Positions 50,787-64,000 of a stretch of 64,000 bases of DNA are shown in pieces; position 1 is the stretch's first letter, and each line of letters opens with the position of its first letter. The position numbers and the translations under genes are program-made. Under the pieces are notes generated by a model that was not told where the DNA came from, ran no database searches, and was given only the letters and a program-made list of their open reading frames with translations. The stretch is from Mytilus edulis. Lineage: Eukaryota. The stretch is from NCBI RefSeq assembly GCF_963676685.1, contig NC_092352.1, positions 11,532,001 through 11,596,000 of the forward strand, read 5' to 3'.

Positions 50787-53515
50787 CTGAAATTGTATGG
50801 AATGAATTGGTAACATAATTATTTTTATTTTGCTATGTAGAGAAAAACATGGATGGATATATGACAAACATAAGAATTTCGTTAACTGCCATATTTGTTA
50901 CTCTACATTCACACAAGGATTTCTTTCAATATTCTATTTTCAACTGACTCTGTTTGCATATAATTAAGCAATATCCGTAAGTTCGAACATAATGTGTTCG
51001 GCAAGAAAGAAGGCTCCTTTTTTTCCGACGATTGACGACAATCTCATAAAATGCAATATAATTATGATCTTATCAACAGTCTAAATATATCTAACGTGTT
51101 TGACTATTATGTTCTATATATTATACATATACATATACAGTATAATTGGTTTTAATCATTTTTTTTTGTATCATTCATTTATCAACGATGTAAAAGCAAA
51201 AATATTTTATTTTACTTCATCAGCATTTTGAACATAAAGAAACATAGAAAATCACACAAATTCTTTCCTCGTTTGCCATGTAAAAGATATAGATAAATTT
51301 CTTAACCAGATTGCAGAGTATTTATTTTTCTTTACCGTCACAGTTCCTACTAAATTATACTCGAAAGATATGAAAACAAACATGTTAGTGCGACCTCCGG
51401 ATATGATGAGGAAATACTAATATTTTGACAATTCGCACGATAAGTTATCTTTATTCGTTAATTGTTTCTCTTTTTCAAAAAAATAAGAATGTCATTCGAC
51501 CCTTAAAATCATGAGATAGTTTTAAAACACTTGATTGTATATGTCTTAGTGTTTTTTGCTGGAACTTTTGTCCTGATTATTTATCATGCAAATCTGTACA
51601 TACATCTCACTCTTATCGGACATCTTATGCTAATCGTTAAACCAACACATTTTGGTCGACTTCTTGTCCATATCATGATTATTGTGAAAAGTTGTAAATT
51701 ATAATAAAACGCTTTCTTGCTTCCGAAGTTAGTATTGGTAAGATTTGTAAGATATAATTTAATTCTAGACAGTGCCATAATTATTATCATTATAGTTATC
51801 ATTCAATCGCTGTGAAAGTACGAGCATACGAATTAGAGGTCTGAAATATGAATCGGAGGAATCGGTGATTGTTTTGGATGACCAGTACAATCTAGCAACC
51901 ACAATATTTAAAAAAAAAATTCATATCAAGAATCTATTTTATCTCTATTGATAAATAATTTCAATATTCTTTAATAGGTCGACCTGTTGATGAAAATTAT
52001 TAGGTCACTTTCAGATTGACATCAATATAGAATGTTTGACTGTCCCTCTGGTATCTTTCGCCTCTCTTTTGAAGCATAATTATCAATATGAGTTTAAATT
52101 TTAGTTTGTAATAGATAAACAGTTGACAATTCATAATGTTATGACAAAGAATAAATCATCATTTAGTAAGACTGGGGCTACTATGATTGAGCACAATATT
52201 CTCAGTTTGACGTCATATGTTTTGTCTTCATACAAATCGTTGAAATACATGCAACGACATTTCACAAAACGAAACGACAAATGAATATCATCGTACTCGA
52301 AAAATATACTATGATAAAAGTAAGCCATAATAAATTAATCGTCTTGGTCTTTTTGATAATCATAATAAAACTGATTAACAGAGATGATAATTTATTAATA
52401 TTATTTTCTTTTGAAATACCGACATCAATTACGGCGATTCCTGAAAAAAGCGGCGATCAGGATGTCTGAATCAGAGATGGTTAATCTGTAATCGTAATCG
52501 ATTGTAATTCATATAATTTTCCCAAGTATTCGACAGTAATCTGTAATCGTCAAAATCTACCTTTTGTTGAACCAGATTTTCTCACAAATTTTAATGTATT
52601 AAAGCTTTTTTTAACCAATGACTTACAAAGCTAGAAAATATTTTAATTCCTTCATTTATGAGGTAGAATAGGAAAATAGCCAAAGTTAAGTTCAGAACAC
52701 ATCATGTATAAATTGCTTAATTGTATTAATTGATTATTCCTTTTAGATTTATGAGTTTGACTGTCCCTCTGGTATCTTTCGCCTCTCTTTTGAAGCATAA
52801 TTATCAATATGAGTTTGAATTTTAGTTTGTAATAGATAAACAGTTGACAATTCATAATGTTATGACAAAGAATTAAGAAAGGATACACAGTCATCTTAAC
52901 AATGAATTTATGTATTGAAATTCCCGATCAGGAATAGGTGCATGTACTTGTATCTCATTTTGACACAAAAAAGTGTTTATAAATTTGCATACAAAATAAA
53001 GAATTCTCAACTACCTTCTTGGTTTCATTGATCAGATGACCAAAGACTTATAATGAATTTCATGCAGACTTTGTTTTGATTTCAATTATGTCAAACTTTA
53101 GTATCATATTTTTGGTGTATTGCCCTAGGATATACTTTTTACTCCATTGGCATCTGAATCACCTGCAATTAAGGATAAATCCAAACAAAAAGATGAATCT
53201 ATGCATTTAATTTATTTGAAGTAACCATCTATGAAATTAGCTAGACAAATTACTCACCATTTGTTTTCTTTTTTAGAAGAAACGTCAAACAATTTTAAAG
53301 TTATGAACATTATTATCTAATAGAGAAAATCAATGGTGGTATTACACCTAATCAATTACATGAAAATGAAAATTTTGACTATTTTCTAAGGAGATAGTTT
53401 TTAATTTTAAATATGGCCGGAGTCTTTCAGAGACAACATTTAGAATTTCATTCCGTTTTATTGGTGGTAAGAAACAACAATAACTTCACAACAAATATCA
53501 AATATCAAATATTAC

Positions 53516-53732
53516 CTATTGATTCAATTTTTAGTTGGTACATTACGTTCTCTGACATAATGTACCTAAAACACGATGTGAAATGTATTTTGATGTTATC
53601 TCCAGTTGCCATAAACGACGCATATCTGTATCTTTTTTGGTTGTCTCTGGTAATTTGTATATCCTGCCCTGCTCCGATGTCTATAGTTAATGTGTCTTTA
53701 CAAGAACTTGGATTTATATAAGAATGGCCACT
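53516..53732 (-). CDS. GPCR exon 3: second half of a divergent CUB domain (absent from the ORF track)
   Basis: SGHSYINPSSCKDTLTI...FMATGDNIKIHFTSC...YQLKIESI; 217 nt, phase 0-1. Confidence 0.8.
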
Positions 53733-54215
53733 CTGTTAAAAAAAACCCATTTAATTCATAAAGACTGATATGTTTTTTTTTATTACATGAACTGCTTTGG
53801 TTTTAGATTCTTCGTCCTTTTACAACAACATTACGGAATGTAAGAAGGCTCAGGATATTTGCAAAAATGGCATGGTGCTACAATTTACATGTTTAGTACA
53901 GACGAAGATGATAGATTACACACACATTTTTAAAATATTTACAAAAAAATGAAAGGCTTGTAATAATTCTATAAGGGTAAATAAGCCATCAATCATTTTT
54001 CAAGAAAATGTAGTGTCTAAAAATATCAACAATCAACGTTCAATCTATCTAGACGTGATGATGCAGTTACTAAATTAAATTATATAAATGTCAAAGAATG
54101 TAACTTTAACACGCATTGGCACTCATTATATAAAACCTATATATAAAAAGATCGACGAAATTAAATTTGAAAAATATAGTAAACTTTTTGTATCCAGTCA
54201 ACAAATACAACTTAC

Positions 54216-54430
54216 ATTTTTCAGTTGCTCTTCAGTTTCGGTTTCGGCAAATGATGCATAAATAATGGTCAATTTCAAGTACATTCCAGGAAAGCTCTGC
54301 ACTGTTTTATATTCATTTATTCCCATTGGATAATTGGATGGAAACATTGGAGAGTATATATAATCAATATGTCCTTGTATAGAGGGAAACATAGCCCATT
54401 CAGTCAACTGAAACTTTGGTCTGTAAAATT
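54216..54430 (-). CDS. GPCR exon 2: first half of a divergent CUB domain
   Basis: YIYSPMFPSNYP....TVQSFPGMYLKLTI; 215 nt, phase 1-0. Confidence 0.82.
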
Positions 54431-56262
54431 CTATTGAAAAAAAAGTATAATTGTTAAAAAGTAAAACATTTTCTACAATGTGCATAGCAAATATGTTATA
54501 AAGTAATACAGAACATATGGATGTGCATTTGAAATCACACAACAAAAATTGAACTCTCCATTAAAAATGAATAAATTTGCCTGATCATGATCTCCAATGA
54601 CCTTGCGTAAAAGAAATCATGGGTAGTATTTAATATAACTTTGCCTCTAAACAAAATTTCAAAGGTAAAAATGTGTAGGCTATCCAGCCATGAATCACCT
54701 TGTGTGTAGTTTTTAGGAGATGCAGTACTAAAAATCGATTCAGAACTTACCAAAGCAGCTGAGTTAATCCATGGTTTTTGGGCAGGCCATGATTGAGGGG
54801 GAGGGGAGGGGTCATGATTCTTAATTATTAAGAATATTTGGGGTGTTCTAAAGACTTTATTTGATTTTTCGTCCTTTTTATTTTAGTAATGGAGTTTTCT
54901 GTCTTTTGACTTATCACTTAGAATGTTCCCTTGATATTCTTGTTCATTTTTATTCCTGAACATGTAAATCGGTATTTGACATCCTCCTGTTGATGTGTGA
55001 CAACCACTCTTCAAGACAGACAAACAAATTTCGTTCTTGAAAATGCATCTATTTGAGGACATATTTCAATGTAAAATGTTTTTTTTTTGTCTTTAATTTC
55101 GAAAAATTTCTAGTATACGCGTTCACCAAATATTTTCAGATAGCATTTAGCTTTCTTGAACTTTCGAACATTTGCCTTTATGTTAATGGCTCCATATGTA
55201 CTTTGCGAAATTTTGAAAGGCCTATATTATAATATCAAAACAGCTAAGATGATGAATACAACAGCCACGTCATATTTGCATTTATACCACAAGGAAACCG
55301 TGTTCACAGCAATAAAAGCTATTGTGTGATTGCATTTATTGAAAATTGGAGATTACTCAGATATTTTTGCTGAAATTCAACGGACTTTATTAAAAAGAGA
55401 TTTTCTTTATAAATTTTTTTAACACTAATTATTCAGTCGTTTGCCCATGTTATTCTACCGTTTATTGTTAAACTACATTTACAATTGAAAAAACCTAGTG
55501 CTGTGTCACTTAAATCTTTCGCACACCAAAAGGTGTAATTGATAGCCCATTCTTAATTGTACTCATTTTCGCTTAATATAAAATTGAGAATGGAAACGGA
55601 AAATGTGTCGAAGAGACAACAACCCGACCAAAAAGAAAAAAACAAACTAAACTCAAAAACATATAAATGAACCACAATTAAAAAAAACCACACAAGACTA
55701 ACAAAGGCTAAAGGTTCCTGAATTGGGAAAAGTGTAAGAATGCGGTGGGGTTAAGCATGTTTAGTTAGATCTCAACACTCCCCCTATACCCTCTATTCAA
55801 TGTGGAATAAACAAATACACACCAATACGCACAGTAAAATTAAGTTTAAAAAAGTCCGAGTCCAATGTTAAAATAGGTAACAGAAGAAAGTAAGCAAAAT
55901 GTCAATAATCAACATATATTGATTAACGACTAAAAGCAGTTACTGACATGCTAGCTCCAGACCCCAATTAAACTGATCGTTAGGGGTTAAGTATCATGGC
56001 ATCATAATTATACAACAAAATCATATGAGTAAATCGATATTTAAAAAATTACATCTTTAATGACTCGACAGCAGTAAAGTAACCAAATTCCTTGTGAATA
56101 AGTCTGTTTAAAGGTTTGGTTACCTTTTGAGGTGAATAACGACATTTTTTCTTGGTATAGAATATTACCATAAAATATTAGATAGAAATAATTGAAGATA
56201 TAAGATGTCTGCACGTTGATTTATATTTACGAATGATGTCCTTTCACCGATGATATAATTTA

Positions 56263-56556
56263 TGCCTCGTTCACACGTACATTTAATTCGAATTGAATTC
56301 GAATCGAATGCGAATAGAATTCACTAATGGCGTTCACACACTCTTCTGTTTTTTAATTCGAATTGATTCGAATTAGTTAATTCGAATTATCCAATTCGCA
56401 TTAGAAATACGCTTTTGTTAATACGAACTAAAAGGTAACGTCGTTTGGTTAGTAAAGCGAATTTGACGCGCATTGTAATTCGAATTAGAATGACGTTAGG
56501 ACGTAAAACGTTTTGAATGCGAATTAAACTAATTCGAATTACGTGTGAACTCAGCA
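56263..56556. mobile_element. PIF/Harbinger-like MITE rich in AATTCGAATT palindromes
   Basis: Imperfect TIR TGC...GTTCACACGTA and TTA TSD (56260-56262 / 56557-56559). Removing it restores the host PLE sequence. Confidence 0.8.
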
Positions 56557-56977
56557 TTAGTAAAAGTTTTGACAATATAAAAAAGAAGATGTGGTATGAT
56601 TGCCAATGAGACAACTATCCACAAAAGACCAAAATGACACAGACATTAACAACTATAGGTCACCGTACAGCCTTCAACAATGAGCGAAGCCCATACCGCA
56701 TAGTGAGCTATAAAAGGCCCCGATAAGACAAGTTTGTGAAATAGAAAACCTTGATGTAATAATTTTTTCAGTACTATAGAGATTTCTTTCGTTAAAATCA
56801 AATACGTTGTTACAAACACGAGCGAATCGAACAAGTTGAGATATATAAAGACGATACGATGGTGCAAAGGGAACGTCACCATCTTAGAACGAATATTAAC
56901 AATAGGAAATGAAAAATCATTTATTATAAATTATTGTAAATTGTTGTATTAAGTTCCCCATTAAAGATATAGATATA

Positions 56978-58095
56978 CAGTCGGAAACCCGGTTGAAATA
57001 GAACAAAAGAATCGAAGCTCTTTGTTAGAGAAGGCGATAAATGTGTACTGTATTGTTTACTATAGTGACACAAATTTTAAAAGTTAATAGAAACAAACAA
57101 AATTACAATTTTCTTCTCAATTACGAGGTGTTTTATTTTAAAAACACCATTTGCATAAGTTTTCAATTTATCTAATACATAGTTAAGCAGAACAATTAGA
57201 TTCCAAGTCGACGACATGGGTATCTTTCAAGTTGGATGAAGAAAATACATAACCTCCGATTTTTTTGAAAAAATTACCACGGACGGAAAACATATCAATC
57301 TAATTGTTCAAAAATTTTCGTGTCTGCCCTTCCATTATGTGACTCAAGAAAAAATTCCAAAAATGGGAAACAATTGTATCGAAAAGAGAAAATCGAGTAC
57401 ACCTTTTTATGTTAGGGCGTGTTTGAGTTGAATATTTTGTCTTGATATCGTACAAAGTAAGATTATTTCATACATCGTCTCGCTTCAGATTCTATTATTT
57501 TTATTTATCAAATCTACAGATTGACTTTATAACACAAACAAATAACAGTACTAAAAGATGAAATATATGGGTCAAGTGAAATACCTATCTAATGAGTCAC
57601 AAAAACAGAGAAGGTGAGTTCGAATAGCTATTTTTTTACTGAAAGTACTTGACGACAGTCTTTCAAGTTGGATGATGAAAATGCATATCTTTGAAAAAAG
57701 ATATTTTTGTGTGTGTGAAAACTAGGGTTTATAGTCTAAATACACTAAAAAAATCTAGTCTGCCCTTCCACGAAAGTTTTAATTAGAATTTTTATGAATT
57801 TTCGAAAATTCCACCTGACAACCGATCAGACAATAGTTTTAATTTGAATCAATGCAGACAAGATCGTTAACTGATGCTCATTAGCTAGTTGATACATTTG
57901 TATTTTAACATACAACTGACATATATAAAATACAACTGACATATTAGGATCGTAATGGTGCAATGTGGATAAATTTATCGGTTTCCATGAGCAAAATTGG
58001 TAGCGCGTCATCCCTACAATGGCTTCCATTTCTACGATTGTGAAAATGAACTGCCGTAATGGGGAGATAATTCTGACGAAGTAGAATCCTGACTG
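56978..58095. mobile_element. Tc1/mariner-like non-autonomous element
   Basis: CAGTC...GACTG termini and TA TSD (56976-56977 / 58096-58097). It splits the RT FLDI..FNG motif and has internal direct repeats at 57223/57660 and 57322/57758. Confidence 0.7.
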
Positions 58096-61000
58096 TATAT
58101 ATCCAGGAAAAGGCAGTGTTCATTGTTAGTATAAGCTTTATTTAAAGTAAGTTCAGCAGGAGAAATCTCTGTATTGTACATACTGAAGTCGTCATTATTG
58201 AAACCTAAAATATCATCCAAATTTCTAAAGGGTTATTAAAGTATTGTATCAGATGTTGGTTCGATGAGTCTTTGCTGATTTTAGACATAAATTGTGATTT
58301 GTAACATAGCAGAAACAGGTCCGCAATAAGTGGTGCACAGTTATTCCCCATTGGAATTCCGATAACTTGGCGATATACTGAATCTCAATAGCAAAAATAA
58401 ATGTTATCTAGTAAAAATGCAAGTGCATTTATCGTATCAAAGCAGGTCTAATTGACATAGTTCTTTTGTTTGTTGTTACTTAAAATGACCAAAGAGATAT
58501 GAACATATATATTCACACTTTGACAATTTAAATCCCCATCTATTAATTAGGTATGTGATTCTTTTAAGGAAATTATGAGACAAAGTGGCATTTAGGGTAG
58601 AAAAATCAAAACTTGAAACAAATTCGAAAGCACCAGTTTAAAGAGCAATTTATCAAGTAATTCCAACGAATTTTTGATATTCCAAAAGAAATTATTCCAC
58701 TATTTTCGTAGACCTTATTTGAAAAATTAATTCCACTATTATCGTAGACCTTTATTACCAGATTTTTGATTGTACCAAAAAGTTCAAGAAAGTAGAATAG
58801 ACAGTTTAACGGTGGAAAAATGGCTTGAAGTCGGAATAAATCAATATTTGTAATGGGTTTTGTGCAACTCGGGAGTCAGTACATAGTTTGCACCTTCTTG
58901 TAATTCGGATCTGCTTGATAAGAGGCAGCTAAAAGTTTATGTTTGTTAACTAAGTCATTTTCAGAAAATTGAGGAAGTTGGAATGTTGGTGAAAGTGTGA
59001 TTTCTTTACACAGAACCTCAATAAAAAATTTACGTCAAACACGAATGATATTATTGGCAGCCTTTTCAGCCGGGACAAAACACAAAAGTATTGTCGAGTT
59101 ATTTTAGCCAATATTCGATACGAAAAATAGGGCTATTATGGTGGTTGATATGAGTAAAATGTTCTTTAAAATGTTTAATATGGATATCAACTATTTTCAT
59201 TACTTAATTGAAAAAAAGAATCTGAAAATTTTCTGTAACCTTTTCCTAGTTTTTTCCATTTCATACAGTAAGTATGGATTCAGTCGTGGATAATGTTACG
59301 ATACTCGTTCTAATTAACTATTGACGGGGAACGATATTTAGATCCTTTTCTATGGAATTAATTTAAATCTCGGTCAATGACGATATTAAGGTCCCCTGTT
59401 ATAACATGGGAACCAGGGCCATACGTGTATTTGGAATTACTGCAGTTTGATGACATAGGTGTATTGTCTCTGATATTAACATATTTATACACATCGCTAT
59501 AATTAAAAATATATGTCCGTATTTATTTTTTGTAAACATAAAAAATACGAGGGAGCTCAGTATCATCAAAATAACAAAGAAGGATATTGTAACAAGCCAG
59601 CTATTGAAATAAATATTAAATCATGTTGTTAAAAAATAATAATAAAAAAAAATAACCAAGAATGTGTTCCTTTACAGCATGATCATTAAGAATAGCAGCA
59701 ATATTTATAAAATCAAAACCTTTGTTGACATGTTTGATTTTAATAAAATGTTTTTCTTATGATCTTCAGGGCGATCAATTAGGGAAGGAGTATAGAATAA
59801 CAATGTGCAATTATAATTTGGACGGCTTCATACTCATACAAGTAAAGAACAGAGCTGGGTTAACAGATGATGTTTGTCGTTGTTTTTAGAAACAGTAATA
59901 AGGTTCCGAAATATTTGCATTGTTAGTACAAAATTTTCTCTTATTGCAACGTATTCTACGTCCATGAGAACGGTTTTCACGTAAGTTTAAGAAAATTTCA
60001 ACAAAATCGGTTCTTGATATACATCACATATTCCCATGATTTTATCATTAAGACAAAGAGAATAAACTGTCTGTAATTTTTTGATCCAATTTTATTCAAT
60101 TAATTTCCGCGAACGTACAAATTTTGAATTAGATTCTCCAGGTTGCTTATTTACTACATCTAAAGGTTGAACTATTACATATTTAATAGGACAATTGTCC
60201 TTCTTAAGGTGTTGATAAATAATACTTTAAAATTAATTGGATCATCCAATTTTTAAAAAAAACTTGTTTGAGGGAAATCTTTGCTTGCACTGCTATCATT
60301 TAAGTCTCGAATTGACAAGAGTGCAAGGGGAAAAACTTGATTTAGTATAATATTATAATGAAACAAATTATTTTTAAAATTTATTTCTTAAATATTAGTT
60401 AGCGATCATTTTCATTAAAAAGACATCCACCTGTGAAAGATCTACCTTCTACGAGTTTAATAATCTTGAAACGTCCTCCCGGAAGTATATTGAATTTTAT
60501 TCAACGTTTAAAATTGACGGATATGCATTTGTTTTTGTTGTACAAAATATAAGTCTATCGTAAATGATAACACATTTAGCAAGTCTCATGTTAATTTCTT
60601 TTTAGCTCAGTCTTATTTCAGGTATATGGATTTCTTTACTGAATATATAATTTGAAATGATTTTAGGCGCATTAATAATATCTAGGTTTTCTTTTATAAC
60701 TTCATTAATGAAATCATGATTTTTAATTTGAAAACAAAAATTGCTTTTTAATATATCTATTTTCGTAAAATGATTTAATCAAATCCAAGTAATGCGGCGA
60801 GTTTCATCAAAGCAGACCATTGCATCAAAAACACTGCCAAGCATAACATGACTTCTCTTACTATATAATTTTGTGTTGTCTGAAATCGCAAAATCGTTGT
60901 ACAATGTTTTTAACAAACCTTACAAAACATATTTGCACGAGAATGTTTTTGTATCAGAGCGACAAATATTCTACTTTTATCTTCTAATATCGTCTATATT

Positions 61001-61792
61001 AGAAATGATTTTTTTTTAAAATATGCAACCAATATACTTTGAAGACACTTTTTAAAAGTCATACACCCTTCAACATTAACCTAACATAATCAAAAGTGAT
61101 GAAAGATAAACTTGATACATTATAAAAAGAAATAGACTAAAAGCTCTCATGACAGTACGTCATTTTTAAGGAGAACATTGTTTTCTTTGTTACAAGATAA
61201 TCGAAAAGACTAATCGCAATATAGTATAATCCGTTTCTCTTTACTATTGTTATTTTGATGAAATGAATTTAGGTAAATTATAGTACATATTATAAATTCG
61301 ACTAAATCTAAACAAACTAAATGCCTTTTACACTTTTTAAAACCCATGTTTTCTTTATAAAAGTAATAAATATTAGAGTTTGTTGTTCTAATTGCGGTTT
61401 GGTATGATGTAATTTGCGTTTTCAAGGCATTTAAAAATGTGATCTACGAGTCTGCATTATCAGACCCCTTTTAAATTGTTCAGAAGCACCTGAGATCACG
61501 TGGGATTACCCCCGGTTTTTGGTGGTGTTCGCGTTGCTCAGTTTTTAGTATGTTGTTTGTCCTTTGAGCGTTTTTAGTTTTTTGTCATGGCATTATCCTT
61601 TCGTGTTTGACCTTTAAGTTTGAATATCCCTTTGGTAACTTTCGTCATTTTACATGTTTATGGCAGCAACAATATTTAGGTATTTGTTACACATAATTAT
61701 ATTTGTTTTTTACTTTAAATAAAGAATTATTATCATTATTGTTATTCCTGTAAGGGATGTTATTGATATGTGTAACCTTACTCGATCTTTAC

Positions 61793-62116
61793 CTGAGAAA
61801 CAAAGTCTCTCGGATGTTATTACATCTTCAAATTCATTTCTTTTCCAAAGATGTTTGTAGTGTCTATTGGTGCTACTTATATTGTAATAACAGCAGTGGT
61901 TTCTTGATTCATCATAAACACTTCCAATGTATCCGGCATCTTTAGACATTTGTTGACAATCTTTGATGTTCATATGTAAAAGACCATCTTGAAACCAAGA
62001 ACAAAATAAACCACCTGTTTCAATGTGTCGAATAGAAGCAAATCCCATGTCAATGCTTCTTTTAGGGTGACTGAAGAGACTCCCTCCTGATTCTTTGCAC
62101 CATATATCACGACAAG
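61793..62116 (-). CDS. GPCR exon 1 (most 5' exon found): Cys-rich module, possibly PAN/apple-like
   Basis: 324-nt open exon, phase 1-1, AG at 62118-62117 and GT at 61792-61791: CRDIWC...FCSW...DCQQM...YDESRNHCCYY...RLC. Linkage to exon 2 is inferred from strand and phase. Confidence 0.6.
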
Positions 62117-62189
62117 CTAAAACAAAACTGTTTGTAATTTGCTGTTTACAAATTTTGTTTGCTAAGCTCAGATAATCTCAAATGTAAAT

Positions 62190-64000
62190 TCCAATTAAAA
62201 CCTTAACGACTCTGAACCAAACTATCTCATTTCGAAATGTAAAACCAAAAACTGCAAAACCTATAAAATTTTAATAACAGATGCTCAATTTATTAGCAAT
62301 TTAACTAAACTATCTTACTTTACCAGAAGCTACGATGATCTGAATTGTAAATCAACAAATATCGTCTACGGATTAGAGTGTAACCTTTGCGGATTGGTAT
62401 ATGTCGGTGAAACGAAAGGAAGGCTCAATAAACGTATGTGCGGCCGTATGTCAGATATCAACAACAATGCAAGCAACATTGTTTACCAGCATTTAAATCA
62501 GCCTGATCATTCAATCCCTTCTATGCAACTTCGCATCAACGAAAAAATATATACCACAGGACAAACAATCCCCATCTTCTTCGTAGACAAAAGGAAGACT
62601 ACTGGATTCGACAAATGGAAACTGCGACACCATATGATTGTAATGACAAAATTGATGGTATAGATATTCTATGTAATCCTTCTTGTAGCTCGTTGAATGT
62701 GGTGAATATTTTCAAGTCTACTCATAGACGTAGGCGCAGTCATGGTCTCAGTCATTATACATCACCTACTCTCCATGATGTCTCTATTAATGAATCAATG
62801 CCATTTATACAAAAACCGTTAGCTATTCATCACATTCCCGAAGCTTTATTCATTACCCCTTTCAAAACATCATTCTTTATGTTTGGAAACCACTGTTACA
62901 AACCCTCATTCAAACTAATACAAACTTACATCAATCATACCACATCTCCTTATTTTTATATAACAGCTATCATCTCGGATATTGCTAATCACAGACTTTT
63001 ATAACCAGAGAGCATTGGAAAAGACTAAAAGGAGAAAAGATCCTTTCTAAAACTTTCCTTTGCCAACAAAGGCCTCGATGCCATGAACTAGGGCAATATC
63101 CTTCATCATAAGTCAGTTCAGTCGGAAATACCTCCGTATTTTAAAGATCAGTCTGTACCTATCATTTCTTATATCTATACCAAACCAATTGCAACTACAA
63201 TTTTCAATTACACACACGTGTTGCAGGATCTCAATATTGACGATAACAAGTCTAACCCTCCTGATTGTACCTGTGCTAGTTCCCATTTCATATATAATCC
63301 GACTGGCCACATTATTACTGATGACATAAACACTGTCATTAACACTTCTCTGTGTTATAGGCCCGGAATATCGTGAGGCTTATCCATCAATCGGAAACAC
63401 AACTTCAAAATACTAATGGATTCAGTCGCGGATTATGCCAGACTATAGGTGAAACGCCCAAAAGAAGACGTAGATACTCTTGCCGAATGGATCAAGTCTG
63501 TGAGGTTGTTGATACAAATCAGAATTAAATCAGAATTAAAAAACTGAATGGGTCAATGAATACCCATGGTACATCAAAAAGACCTAAATGTTGCAAAACA
63601 CCTGCTCTATCTCCATGACAAAAATGTTGTTGTCCCCGCAGATAAAATTACATTACATTAACTGCTTGATAAAGGTATTGATAATTCACTTGGAAACATA
63701 TACCACCATGACACTTACCAAGGAGGAAATTCGATATAATCATAGGTCTGTTCTATGTTCCTTTGTAATTTCAACCAAAGATGAAGAACTGGATCTTCAT
63801 TCACTGTATTATATACCTAAACTACACAAGTGTCCGTATAAACAACGTTATATTAATGGGTCTTTCAAGTGCTCAACGAAATTTCTTTCTAAATTATTAG
63901 CATCAATTTTATCAGCAATCAAAGCCAGGCTTCAAAGTTATTGTGAAACTACCTATTCTAGATGTGGCATGAATCAGATGTGGATACTAAAAATTCCAAA
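62190..64000 (+). mobile_element. Degenerate Naiad-type PLE, N-terminal GIY-YIG leading into RT; runs off the window
   Basis: SKCKTKNCKT...LNCKSTNIVYGLECNLCGLVYVGETKGRLNKR...YQH, then IPPYF..PIISY, VVVPADK and YIPKLHK.P across shifted frames. Confidence 0.88.

Larger units (their letters stand above)
56090..60420 (-). mobile_element. Heavily degenerate Naiad-type PLE (GIY-YIG upstream of RT) with three nested insertions
   Basis: YQHL..VQPL...NWIKKLQT at ~60060-60220, YRQVIGIPMGNNCAPLIADL at ~58320-58380, DDILGFNN at 58200-58220, and RT C-terminus at ~56730-56970. Confidence 0.75.
12775..62116 (-). pseudogene. GRL101-like LDLa/LRR GPCR with CUB, C-type lectin and Caspr/fibrinogen-like ectodomain; 16 exons traced; nonsense codon in TM6 (pseudogene or null allele)
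   Basis: Exons join in consistent phase and total 4476 nt. In-frame TAA at 12812-12814 precedes the conserved TDFLCWFP motif. The 5' end and the TM7 exon were not found. Confidence 0.75.

Noticed and set aside
60430-60879. Possible extra exon after an AG acceptor at 60881-60880
   Set aside because: In-frame TGA after ~33 codons, further stops and no suitable donor. More likely the decayed 5' part of the neighbouring PLE.

Overview
AT-rich eukaryotic (animal) genomic DNA. The repeat families suggest a bivalve mollusc such as Mytilus (inference). It is not prokaryotic, and I see no rRNA, tRNA or CRISPR. One large minus-strand multi-exon gene spans 12775-62116. I traced 16 phase-compatible exons (4476 nt, about 1492 codons) encoding a GRL101-type (LDLa-LRR) GPCR with a mosaic ectodomain: Cys-rich module, CUB, CUB, C-type lectin, 4 LDLa, a Caspr/fibrinogen-like module, a GCRD module, 2 LDLa, LRRs and TM1-TM6. 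This copy has a stop codon in TM6, a DRY>DCY change and one or two GC splice donors; its first exon(s) and TM7 exon were not found in the window. The introns and flanks hold nested mobile elements. These include a truncated BEL/Pao LTR element, an IS3EU-like TIR element with a 20-bp palindromic array, and a full-length but lesioned 10-kb Helentron (ZnF-OTU-23aa repeats-Rep-Pif1-EEP) carrying its own satellite arrays. Also present are Harbinger-, Kolobok- and Tc1/mariner-like MITEs, an L1/Tx1 fragment, several Naiad-type Penelope-like fragments and hammerhead-ribozyme-like motifs.
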